This document shows, in pieces, positions 19,898 to 28,902 of a stretch of DNA of 64,000 nt; position 1 is the stretch's first letter; every line of letters begins with the position of its first letter. A program made the position numbers and the translations under genes. The notes under the pieces are model-generated. The model saw only the letters and a list, made by a program, of their open reading frames with translations. It was not told the DNA's origin and ran no database searches. Source of the stretch: an uncultured Candidatus Saccharibacteria bacterium (lineage in GTDB: Bacteria; Patescibacteriota; Doudnabacteria; UBA920); NCBI GenBank assembly GCA_964532425.1, contig CAZHIA010000006.1, positions 1,343-65,342 of the forward strand, in the 5' to 3' direction.

Positions 19898-21100
19898 ATG
19901 ACTGACTTACCCAAAAAACGGTCAGCGGCGCTGGAGGCTTCCCGCCTGCTCAATCAATTGACCGACACCGCAATAAAATTCGCTTGTGAGCAAGGAGCTC
20001 GCAAAAATTCGACCATGGAAATTGGGACTGTGCTGGCTCAGCATCTCAACGAACGGGAGAAAATCCAGGTGCGGCCCCATACGCTTGTCGAATTGCTCGA
20101 AGGCGCAAGGTTCCGGGGAGGGTCAAGTTTCATTATCCCATTTGGGAAAATGCTTGGCTGCCAGGACATTGCTGCCCGGCTGAGCGCGCTCTCGGAGCTG
20201 CTCGGTGACAGAATGGCAGGCGTCGCCACGTTCGGCGAAACGGAGATTGATTTTTTATTCGATCTTCTGGATGAGCGGCAGAAGCTTTCTTCGCAGATGG
20301 ACACCGCGGCGTTTGCCGGGTATTTTCATCCCTACCAACAAACCGTTGTCAACCTGTGCAATTATTCCAGGAGCGCCCTGACAAAGATGGGCGAGCATGG
20401 TTCAGAAGCGCGGCATATACGGAAGGTAATGGAAGAAAAACCATGGGACAAGGGCCAGCAACCGGATGCGCTGAATCAACCGAATGCGGCAGATCCGGAG
20501 TTGGTAGAACTACTGAATGACCTGCAAGGCAAAATGGGCAGGACTCAACTCAGTGCTGCGCTTGGAATCCACCGGGAAACCCTGGTCGCCCGCCTGGAAG
20601 GGAAGCGGGGAACCAAGATTAGCGACGAAGAGCTTATGAGAAAAGTCAAGGCTGTCTCAGCTGGGCTTGAAGGTGGTGAGAGACCGTCGCCGGCAGCAAC
20701 GCCGGTCCCGGTTTTCAGAACCCGCCAGGAAGACGTACAGGCACGAGTCGTTTTGCCTGCGGAAATTTCCGCAGCGAACGACAGTGGTCCCCGGTTCGTC
20801 CTTACCCCGCAAAATTTCCAGGAGCACCAGCGGAATCTGTGCATTGAATTCATCGGGCTTGCCAAGCGCCAGATGGAACTGGCGCGGCGCGCGCTCGACG
20901 AAGTTACCCAGCACCAGGATCCGGCCGTGCGCGCGTACATCCGCAGTCAAATGATGGGCGAGGTGCATGAAATGCATTTTGCCTTAGAACGTTTCAGCGC
21001 CGAACACCCGAACATTCTGCTCGAAACGCTCGAGGCGGAGCGCCAAGGATTCGAGTTGCATCGCAAACAGCAGGAACCAGCAGGAACCAGGAGAAAATAA
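19898..21100 (+). CDS. hypothetical protein with internal HTH
   Basis: Own promoter TTGACA-17-TATGAT; GRTQLSAALGIHRETLVARLEG; stop overlaps the next start (TAATG). Confidence 0.75.
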   Translation: MTDLPKKRSAALEASRLLNQLTDTAIKFACEQGARKNSTMEIGTVLAQHLNEREKIQVRPHTLVELLEGARFRGGSSFIIPFGKMLGCQDIAARLSALSELLGDRMAGVATFGETEIDFLFDLLDERQKLSSQMDTAAFAGYFHPYQQTVVNLCNYSRSALTKMGEHGSEARHIRKVMEEKPWDKGQQPDALNQPNAADPELVELLNDLQGKMGRTQLSAALGIHRETLVARLEGKRGTKISDEELMRKVKAVSAGLEGGERPSPAATPVPVFRTRQEDVQARVVLPAEISAANDSGPRFVLTPQNFQEHQRNLCIEFIGLAKRQMELARRALDEVTQHQDPAVRAYIRSQMMGEVHEMHFALERFSAEHPNILLETLEAERQGFELHRKQQEPAGTRRK

Positions 21101-23151
21101 TGAAAAAGGTATTGAAAGTGATGAAAAGCGCGGCAGAGTACGTGACCATCAAGTGCGGACGCGGTTTTTTGAGCCGTCAGTTCGCTGGCACTACGTATTT
21201 GGCCGCTGCCACGGAATTGATCAAGAATCCCCGCGACTGGGGCGCAACCGCCATTTGGATCTGGGACAATATCCGTCCCAATCTGGTGCGGTTTGCGGAT
21301 AATGGCGTAGGAATGAACCCGGAAAACCAAACCGCGTTCTGCTCACTCAACGTTACCACGGCGACCAAGGTTTGGCAGGCTGGTCTCTACGATACGGGCA
21401 GCAAGAAGTTCCTGTTCGGTTTCTCCGAACGGGTCGATGTGCGCACCGTGTTCCAGGACGATCCGGATTACGTGAGCCAGTTCGCGCTAGTGACGGCGGA
21501 TTACGAAAACCAGGTCATGGGAAGCGCTCCGAATCAGATCCCGGTCACTCGCGTTCTAAAGACGCCGGAGACCTGGCCGTTCGATTTCCCGACCGGTACC
21601 GTCCTCGACTATACGTTGCGGGATCCCAAAAGCCGCGCCATTTTGCGCGGCAAGTCCCTGGCCGAAGCCATGAGCGCCCGATATCCGGATAAGTTCAAGG
21701 ACATTATCCAGATCAACGGCACGTTCATTCCAGGCAAGGGCGAGAACGCTAAGCTGTTCCATGTTGTGGAACAGCATCCGCAACTGGGACAGGTCTCCAT
21801 CGAGATCTACCAGGTTGCCAAAAAGCGGATTCGCGAAGAGATGCTCTTGCTGTCTGCCGGCGAGATTGGCGAAGTTCCGTTCTCGTCGTTCCTTTCCGGG
21901 CTCGGCGAACTGCAAGCTGACATCGATGACGTCTACGGCCTCGCTACCACAGCCGGCGTGATCCAGGTCCCGTATCTGAAGGAGTATATTAACGAGGACC
22001 GCAAGTCGCTCAACCCGCGCTTCATTGATGACAAGCGTACAATGCAGCTGTTGTTTCTGCTCAAGCGCTTTGCTCCGATCATTGAAAGCCGCTTGGGACT
22101 CCATCTCAAGCAGGATGAAGAACAGGCCGGCGGCCACCGCGTGGTCGACGAACTGATCACGCGGTGCAACAAGAAGTACAATCCCAAAGGCGACATTCCG
22201 CGGGATTTCCGCAAGCCTGATGATGTCGTACCTCCTCCTCCCGTCCGAGGCCCTGAAGAGGACGATGTCTTTGGCGGCACGGATGAGGACGAGCGCAAGG
22301 AAGGGGTGAAGATCGGCTGCCAGCGCGAGTATGAGGTTGGTGAACCGATCCAAATCCGTTTAGCGGTCTCCAAGAACCTGACGTTAGATCCGGCTAAGCT
22401 GAAGTGGCAAACGGACCATTCCCTGGCTAAGGATATTCGCAGTACCGACAAGGGGCTGGAAATGGTGGCAGCTCGCGAGGGCTACGCCAGGGTCAGCTTG
22501 GATGTGGTAGGCACGCCGTACAGCGCCAACTGCCACTATGTCGTGGTAGGGAAACGCAAGTTCAAACTGAGCTCGTCGCAGTCGGTTCTCAAAGTCGGCC
22601 AGTTCTTGAACATCATGACCATCAACTCTGACAAGCTGAAAGGCGAAGTTAAGTGGGAGATGGCCAAGGACAGCGTCGGCAAGCTGGAAGCTAATGGCAA
22701 GCGAGCCGTCTACTTTGCGACCCGCTGGGGCAAAGCCACGGTCTGGGCGTATGACAGCCTGAACCCAAAGGGTACCCGGGTGGCATGCGAGATCGACGTC
22801 ATCCGTCCTGATGACGAATATCTGACCATTCGGAATCACCATTTCCGCGTTCGGTTCACCGTGACCGAACAGGGAATGATGTACGAGCGCAAGCCGGTGG
22901 TCATTAAAGGGAGCTCGGCGGGGAAGGTGCATGACATCTTCTTCAATACCAAGCACCCGGCCTATGTGAAGGCCGATCAAACCGGTTCCTTGCAGGAATT
23001 TCTGCTCATGGAATTGGCGATCGAGTATGTCAGGTTCTGCAAGTTCGATCTGGAGCAGATCCATGTCGAAATGGCGAGCTTTGACGTCCCGGAAGCGTTC
23101 AGTGCAATCCAGAAGGAGGCTGATGTAATTTATCTCGAATTGAAAGAGTAA
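21100..23151 (+). CDS. GHKL (MORC/HATPase_c_3-like) ATPase with C-terminal Ig-like domains
   Basis: ELIKNPRD, ADNGVGM, GLYDTG and GT boxes; beta-rich repeats; terminal FFNTKHP. Confidence 0.8.
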   Translation: MKKVLKVMKSAAEYVTIKCGRGFLSRQFAGTTYLAAATELIKNPRDWGATAIWIWDNIRPNLVRFADNGVGMNPENQTAFCSLNVTTATKVWQAGLYDTGSKKFLFGFSERVDVRTVFQDDPDYVSQFALVTADYENQVMGSAPNQIPVTRVLKTPETWPFDFPTGTVLDYTLRDPKSRAILRGKSLAEAMSARYPDKFKDIIQINGTFIPGKGENAKLFHVVEQHPQLGQVSIEIYQVAKKRIREEMLLLSAGEIGEVPFSSFLSGLGELQADIDDVYGLATTAGVIQVPYLKEYINEDRKSLNPRFIDDKRTMQLLFLLKRFAPIIESRLGLHLKQDEEQAGGHRVVDELITRCNKKYNPKGDIPRDFRKPDDVVPPPPVRGPEEDDVFGGTDEDERKEGVKIGCQREYEVGEPIQIRLAVSKNLTLDPAKLKWQTDHSLAKDIRSTDKGLEMVAAREGYARVSLDVVGTPYSANCHYVVVGKRKFKLSSSQSVLKVGQFLNIMTINSDKLKGEVKWEMAKDSVGKLEANGKRAVYFATRWGKATVWAYDSLNPKGTRVACEIDVIRPDDEYLTIRNHHFRVRFTVTEQGMMYERKPVVIKGSSAGKVHDIFFNTKHPAYVKADQTGSLQEFLLMELAIEYVRFCKFDLEQIHVEMASFDVPEAFSAIQKEADVIYLELKE

Positions 23152-23163
23152 GTCGCAGTATGC

Positions 23164-23197
23164 CGCCTGGCTCCGCAAACGGAGCCAGGCGTTTTTT
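23164..23197 (+). terminator. intrinsic terminator
   Basis: CGCCTGGCTCC-GCAAAC-GGAGCCAGGCG followed by a T-run. Confidence 0.8.
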
Positions 23198-23280
23198 ATT
23201 TTAGTGAGCTTACTGGCCGAATATCATGTTGATTGTAATTGCGGATTTTTTCCTATTCGGCAACAGACCTTAAACGCAAT

Positions 23281-23316
23281 AAAAAAGCCGCCCGCACAGA
23301 AAACGTGCGGGCGGCT
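23281..23316 (-). terminator. intrinsic terminator
   Basis: AGCCGCCCGCAC...GTGCGGGCGGCT preceded by an A-run. Confidence 0.75.
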
Positions 23317-23322
23317 GAATGA

Positions 23323-25170
23323 TTATACCTGAGCAGAAGCCTGACGGACCTTCCAACGCTGCTCCGTGAGCACGCGTTTTGATTCGTATGCCCTGCGGAT
23401 ATTGTCGATGGTCAGATCATGCTTGACCATGAGGTTGTACGCGTGCTGGAATTGGCCGGAGGTGAGCTTGATGGTGTTTCTTCTGGCTGACCGTTGATTG
23501 ACATCGTAGATCAGCCAGGTTTTTGTACTGAGTTCCCACCGCTTCTTGATCACCGGCGCCTTTTCGCCTTTGAGGTTCTCGGACTGCGTCGGGTCAGCCA
23601 CCATAGTTCGTAATACGGGAGCGAACGTACCGGCTTCATCCTTCGAACACTTTTTCAGGAGCTGTACCGTTTCGAGCAGCGAGTTGACACTGCTGCTGGC
23701 AATGAACTTGTCATTGCACGTGATGACGTATCCCGCACAGATGATCAGCTCGTAGAGTTCTTGCGCCCGTGCCTCGTCATACGACTCAGGAACGGGCAGG
23801 GGAATTTCGCTGCTTTCGTCCTCCAAATCCGCAAGCGGCGGTTGTGCTGATTGCGGACCGGAAGGCTCGGCAGCAAGAGGTGGCGTGAGCGGTTCCGGTT
23901 CCCGGAAGGTTTCAGATTCTCCGGGTTCCGATTGCGGTGCTGGTTCGGCCGGTTCGTGGGTCGGTTCGGGCTGGGGTTCTGCTTCCAAAATTTCTGGCAG
24001 CATTCCCAAATAGCGTTCCGTTGCCTGCACGACATCCGCCACATGCTCGGTCAATTGAGGTGGCGTGTAGAATAAGCGTTCGATGCTCGCGACGAGCAGT
24101 TCCAGTTCGTTGCCCAGGCGCTGGGGGCGCCAGTCTTCCGAAGCTGCGACAAGTTCGGCAAATTCATACTCATTCGTATCGATGTACTTGCCGGGCAGGA
24201 ACAGGTGAGGCGGCTTTAACACGCCGTTCTTGGCAAATTGCTGGTACCAGTCGAAGGTGCCGATCTGGGTGTGCCAATGCACCATAACCTGCTTCAGAAC
24301 GGTTGCATGCTGGTCGAGATCGTCGCGGATGTCGGTTTGGCTTTGGGTAAACAGCTGCTGAGCGTCTTTCTGCGCTTGCGCGATGGCACCCAAATGCCGC
24401 CGTGCCTCTTCCACTTGCTGTTTGAATCCCGGATCGGGCGGTGCGCCACCCAGTACGCAATACAACTCCTCGAGGAAACAGTTGTCTTTGAGTTTGAGGA
24501 ATTGGATGGCGTCGGCTACGCATTGGTTTTCCATGGTCAACATGGATTCCCAGTTCGCTTTAGCCGCTTCCGCGCGCTCTTTAAGCTCGGTGAGCTGCTG
24601 GCGCAGGGAAACGATCTCGTCGTGGGTAATGGCGATCCACTTGGCACAGTCGGCCCATGGTTTATAGATGACCAGCGCGATGCTGTCGGAATTCTCCAGC
24701 GCCTGCGTGGCGTTGTCATAGGCTACGGTCATGCCAGATGCGACTTGGTCGGTTTTGCAGAGCTTGTCGGCAATGGTGCTGATGCCACTCATGAAGCTGT
24801 ACAGTTTTTCCTTTAGCAAGGAAATTGCTTCCAGCTCATCGCTGTTCGCGATGGCCTGCAGGACCTGCTGAAGATTCAGAATGCCCATGAGCTCGGCTTT
24901 GACTAACTGGCCCGCTTCTCCGCACGTGTCGAGGATACCGTTGCACTGCTGCTCAAAATCATACAGCAGGTCAGTGAGTCCGTGAGTATCCATCGGGCGT
25001 TCGAAAAAGGTTTCTTGCCCGTTCACCCGCATGTATTTAAAGCTTTGTCCGCGGGCCGCTACGCGCTGAAACAACTGGAGCGTGCCGCGATCTAGGCGGC
25101 TGGCATCTACCTGCACATAATCGTACCCCTTCCCGTCGGGCGTGGGATACCTCAGGTAATAATTTTCCAT
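23323..25170 (-). CDS. large hypothetical coiled-coil protein
   Basis: SD AGGAGGGG; promoter TTGACA-17-TATAGT; helical body, Pro/Glu linker, C-terminal domain. Confidence 0.8.
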   Translation of the reverse strand: MENYYLRYPTPDGKGYDYVQVDASRLDRGTLQLFQRVAARGQSFKYMRVNGQETFFERPMDTHGLTDLLYDFEQQCNGILDTCGEAGQLVKAELMGILNLQQVLQAIANSDELEAISLLKEKLYSFMSGISTIADKLCKTDQVASGMTVAYDNATQALENSDSIALVIYKPWADCAKWIAITHDEIVSLRQQLTELKERAEAAKANWESMLTMENQCVADAIQFLKLKDNCFLEELYCVLGGAPPDPGFKQQVEEARRHLGAIAQAQKDAQQLFTQSQTDIRDDLDQHATVLKQVMVHWHTQIGTFDWYQQFAKNGVLKPPHLFLPGKYIDTNEYEFAELVAASEDWRPQRLGNELELLVASIERLFYTPPQLTEHVADVVQATERYLGMLPEILEAEPQPEPTHEPAEPAPQSEPGESETFREPEPLTPPLAAEPSGPQSAQPPLADLEDESSEIPLPVPESYDEARAQELYELIICAGYVITCNDKFIASSSVNSLLETVQLLKKCSKDEAGTFAPVLRTMVADPTQSENLKGEKAPVIKKRWELSTKTWLIYDVNQRSARRNTIKLTSGQFQHAYNLMVKHDLTIDNIRRAYESKRVLTEQRWKVRQASAQV

Positions 25171-25265
25171 ACCCCCTCCTGTAAAGTTGTATAAGTGCCT
25201 CAGTTAAAATCTCTATTCCCTAGAGCGGGAATATCAATAGACTATATGAGATTTTTGGCTGTTTG

Positions 25266-26258
25266 TCAACACTCTTTGAGGAAGCGAAGGGCCAGCTTTT
25301 GAGCTTCGATTTTGGAGCCGACCCAGTGGATGTTTTTGTTTCGCTTAAACCAGGTCATCTGACGCTTGGCATAGTGGCAGATGGCGAGGAGGAGCTGGTC
25401 GAACATTTCATCGTACGAAAGTTTTCTTTGCAGATGCAAAGAAACGTATTTATATTCCAAGCCAAAATTTTCCAAACGCTTCCAGGAGATTCCGTGATCG
25501 TGAAGCTGTTTGATTTCTTTGACCATGCCCTGGTCAAGTCGCTCGATCAATCTTTTTTTGATGCGGGCATAGAGTTTGTCCTGGGGCCAGGTGATACCCA
25601 AATAAAGAACATTTGATCCGCCTGAGGCGGAGCTATTAACCTTCGACAGCTGAGGAACAGGTTTGCCGGTAGTGATGACAATTTCGAGAGCGCGGATGAG
25701 ACGGCGCGGGTTGTGCTGGTCGATTTCAGAAGCGCGGACCGGATCAAGCTTTTTCAGCCGATCGAATAATTGCACCGTCGTAAGGGATTCTAATTTTTTT
25801 CTTAATTTCGGATTTGGCGGAACTTCGGGAAGGATCTGTCCCATTGCCACGGCATCGACCCAGTGGCCGGTGCCGCCGCAGAGAATAGGGAGACGGCCAC
25901 GCGCAGTGATATCCTGAATGGCTTTCTCCGCGTCTTCCTTGAACAACGAAGCGGAATATTGCTTTTTGGGACTGACATAATCAATGCAGTAGTGGGGAAT
26001 ATGCTTATACACAAACATTTGACCTTTGACCTGTAACCTTTGACCCTTGCCTTTTTGCGGTATAGATCCTTCACTTCGCTCAGGATGGATGGCCGTCCAA
26101 CGGCCGTCCACTTTGCCGGTGCCGATGTCCATGCCTTTGTAAATTTGCCGGCTGTCGCAGGAAATTATTTCTCCGCAAAGTTTTTTCGCGAGAATAACCG
26201 CAAGTTCGGATTTCCCCGAAGCAGTCGGGCCAACAACGCAAATGAGAGGAATGTTCAT
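25266..26258 (-). CDS. miaA: tRNA dimethylallyltransferase
   Basis: GPTASGKS, DSRQIYKGMDIGT, NPRRLIRALE, YAKRQMTWF. Confidence 0.96.
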   Translation of the reverse strand: MNIPLICVVGPTASGKSELAVILAKKLCGEIISCDSRQIYKGMDIGTGKVDGRWTAIHPERSEGSIPQKGKGQRLQVKGQMFVYKHIPHYCIDYVSPKKQYSASLFKEDAEKAIQDITARGRLPILCGGTGHWVDAVAMGQILPEVPPNPKLRKKLESLTTVQLFDRLKKLDPVRASEIDQHNPRRLIRALEIVITTGKPVPQLSKVNSSASGGSNVLYLGITWPQDKLYARIKKRLIERLDQGMVKEIKQLHDHGISWKRLENFGLEYKYVSLHLQRKLSYDEMFDQLLLAICHYAKRQMTWFKRNKNIHWVGSKIEAQKLALRFLKEC

Positions 26259-26298
26259 ACGTCAATACTTATAAGTTTTCAGCTTTATAGGAGGGTTA

Positions 26299-26988
26299 AT
26301 GCAAATTGCCTCGCTGGAAATTATTGAGACTCTGCACGACCAGGTGGTGCATGCATTATCGCTTGCCCGTACATTCCATTGCATAGTAGAGTTCCATGCT
26401 TTTGCAGCTGCTGATGGAAGCCTGGTGATTCCTTCCATAGTCAAGCCCCAGTCGCATGCGGCCTTGCAGACCCTTCAGGATCTGGTCGGGGAGCGGGAGC
26501 GGCTCGAAGCAGTATGCGGCAAGCGGCTCGTGAATCTGGTGCTGCACTTCCATACGCATCGCGGCGATGTCCGGCCTTCCTTGGGCGACTTTCTGTCCGG
26601 AGTGAATGTAAGCATGTTGCTGCATCAGTATGGGCCTGAACTTGGATTCGGCGAATCTTTCATTCCGCCGCGCTTTTGTATCGCCAACCAGCAAGGGCAG
26701 CTGTGTAACTACCATTTTACCCAGAGGGTGAAAGAGTTGCAACAGGTCAGGGAGCTTGTCCAGCAGCGCATGGAACGCCTGGCCGAGGAAGCCGGCTTGT
26801 CCAGTTTGCTGAGTGCGGAAGCGAACGATCTTTTTGAGGAAGACTTCCTGAGGAACCAACAGTGGTATATGCAGCATGCGAAGTATACATCCTGGATGCG
26901 CTGGCATTGGAATGTCGGAGTTTCGGTCTTAAGCTTCGGGTATGCGCTGTTACCGTTCAGTTTGCTCGGAGAAGCTATCGTGCTGTGA
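26299..26988 (+). CDS. JAB/MPN+ (JAMM) domain protein
   Basis: Upstream Glu (VEFH) and HFHTHRGDVRPSLGD matching HxH...PSxxD. Confidence 0.75.
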   Translation: MQIASLEIIETLHDQVVHALSLARTFHCIVEFHAFAAADGSLVIPSIVKPQSHAALQTLQDLVGERERLEAVCGKRLVNLVLHFHTHRGDVRPSLGDFLSGVNVSMLLHQYGPELGFGESFIPPRFCIANQQGQLCNYHFTQRVKELQQVRELVQQRMERLAEEAGLSSLLSAEANDLFEEDFLRNQQWYMQHAKYTSWMRWHWNVGVSVLSFGYALLPFSLLGEAIVL

Positions 26989-27137
26989 GTTTTCTTCCGG
27001 CGTGCGGCGAATTCCGCCGAACACCCGCACCGTGCATGTTCATGCGCGGGCGTTTTTTTATTTCGCGTTTTTTTGCCCGGGTCATGGTTTCATCATACAA
27101 TTTCTTTCTCATGGTGTGATATACTAAATTATGCCAA

Positions 27138-27243
27138 TCCGCCAGCTGGCGGAACAGATAGTAACAAATTTACAGATAACTACAGATTAACGTATTGGGA
27201 ATCCGTAGTTATCTGTAAATTGGTATACATCTGTATATCTGTT
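27138..27243. repeat. TCCGCCAGCTGGCGGA palindrome plus ACAGAT-family inverted tandem element
   Basis: Same palindrome recurs near 43096; ACAGAT/ATCTGT arms. Confidence 0.8.
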
Positions 27244-27276
27244 AACTAAATTATACCATTAACAAAACAAACTTCC

Positions 27277-27837
27277 ATGCGCAGAAAAAGAGGCAGAAAA
27301 ATACTGATTTTTGTGCTGCTCCTGATAGTAGCGGGAGTATTTGTCTATACGTACTATAAGCATGAGGCTAAAGCCCCGGTCGTGGAGCAAGCCCGAGACA
27401 AGAACCAGCAGCTTCCCGCACAGCAGCCGGATAATCGAAATGCAACCACAACCGCCCCTGCCACCGCAACGGGAACCGCACCTTCGGCAACGACAAAGTC
27501 CAAAGAACCTGCTCCTCAGCGTGGCTATGTCTCCGGAAGTTATAGTAATGGAGAAGAGGGGTCCGACGGATCAGGCATCCAAGTTCTTGGGATGAATTTT
27601 AACGGATCGGAGTTCGCTCCCACGTCACTCAATATCAGCGTGAATGATTATATCTTTTTCAAGAACACCGGCGCGACCGGTTTTTGGCCTATCTCGCCTG
27701 ACCATCCGGGCTTCGGTCCTTCCAAAGCGGTTTCCCCTGGCAGCACGTACCGGTTCCAGTTCTCCGAAGCGGGCACCTGGAAGATTACCGAGAAAAATCA
27801 CCCGAACGCGGCGGCAACTGTAATTGTCGTCAAATAA
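27277..27837 (+). CDS. membrane-anchored cupredoxin-like protein
   Basis: N-terminal TM, Thr/Ala linker, FAPTSLNISVNDYIFFKN...FQFSEAGTW. Confidence 0.65.
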   Translation: MRRKRGRKILIFVLLLIVAGVFVYTYYKHEAKAPVVEQARDKNQQLPAQQPDNRNATTTAPATATGTAPSATTKSKEPAPQRGYVSGSYSNGEEGSDGSGIQVLGMNFNGSEFAPTSLNISVNDYIFFKNTGATGFWPISPDHPGFGPSKAVSPGSTYRFQFSEAGTWKITEKNHPNAAATVIVVK

Positions 27838-27902
27838 TCATCTTTCTAGAATCACAAGGCCATCTCTTCATTAATGGAGGGGTGGTTTTGTAATTACCAA
27901 TA

Positions 27903-27987
27903 ATGAAATACAATAGAAATAAGGTGGAAATACAGTAGTAATACAATAGCATTACTACTGTATTTGCATGTATTTCTATCGTATTTC
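27903..27987. repeat. inverted tandem-repeat element (GAAATA family)
   Basis: GAAATACAATAGAAATA...TATTTCTATCGTATTTC. Confidence 0.75.
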
Positions 27988-28056
27988 TCGCTCGTTTAAA
28001 CGTGCAGTTCCATCAAAATAATTTTAGCTTTGCTTAAAAAATGGTATAATTTATGC

Positions 28057-28902
28057 ATGGAAAATGAGTTTTGGAAAACCTACGGCCACGAGGCGCAAAA
28101 GCGCCTGTTGGAGCGGCAGTTAATAGCCAGACAGCTGCCTCATGCCTACCTGTTTACCGGGCCGTCCGGTATCGGAAAGAAAGCGCTTGCCGTGGAATTT
28201 GCAGGGAAAATTTTACAGACCAAAAATCCAGCAAGCCACCCTGACTTTTTTTTATTTGAATCGCAGGGCGATATCTTGCTCGAGCAGATGAAGGAATTCC
28301 AATCCCGACTATCGCTGAAGCCATTTGCGGGAAAGCATTCGGTTGCCATTCTGGATGGGGCAGAGCGCATGAACCTGCAGAGTGCTAATGCGCTCCTGAA
28401 AAGCCTGGAGGAACCGGCCGCAAATACCATAGCCATTCTCATTGCATCCAATAACCGGGTACTGCCGACGATCATCTCCCGCTGCCAGCAGCTGTCCTTC
28501 CACTCATTCAGCCTGGCACAGCTTCGTGAATTCTGTGCAGCTAGAGGATTGCAATGCACGCCGGAGGCGCTTGAAGTATGCTCCGGCTCCGTTGGCACGC
28601 TGACAAGCATGTTGGCTGGCGGAACGGCGGATGGGAATTTTCGGTTGATTGAACGTTTTGAGTCACTGCTTCGGGCCCCGCTTTCGGAACGACTGCTCGC
28701 CGCAACGGAGTTTGCCGAAAAAGAGCCGGAAGAATTGGAACGGATTTTCATCCTTTGGCTGAACGGGGCCAGGCGCCGTCTTGCACAGGATCCTGCCTGT
28801 TACCGGACGGCATGGCGCCTGCTCGACGCCTTGCAATCTATACGCACCAATAAAAATAAAAAATTAATTCTCCAAGGGTTGCTGCTCAACCCATCGCTAT
28901 GA
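28057..28902 (+). CDS. holB: DNA polymerase III delta' subunit
   Basis: HAYLFTGPSGIGK, ANALLKSLEEP, LPTIISRC. Confidence 0.9.
   Translation: MENEFWKTYGHEAQKRLLERQLIARQLPHAYLFTGPSGIGKKALAVEFAGKILQTKNPASHPDFFLFESQGDILLEQMKEFQSRLSLKPFAGKHSVAILDGAERMNLQSANALLKSLEEPAANTIAILIASNNRVLPTIISRCQQLSFHSFSLAQLREFCAARGLQCTPEALEVCSGSVGTLTSMLAGGTADGNFRLIERFESLLRAPLSERLLAATEFAEKEPEELERIFILWLNGARRRLAQDPACYRTAWRLLDALQSIRTNKNKKLILQGLLLNPSL

Noticed and set aside
17288-25170. Wadjet/SMC or classical restriction-modification identity for the island cluster
   Set aside because: No Walker A/ABC signature in the coiled-coil proteins, and no canonical DNA MTase catalytic motif or recognisable nuclease
13828-25260. 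Prophage or ICE
   Set aside because: No integrase, structural, terminase, relaxase or att signatures recognised
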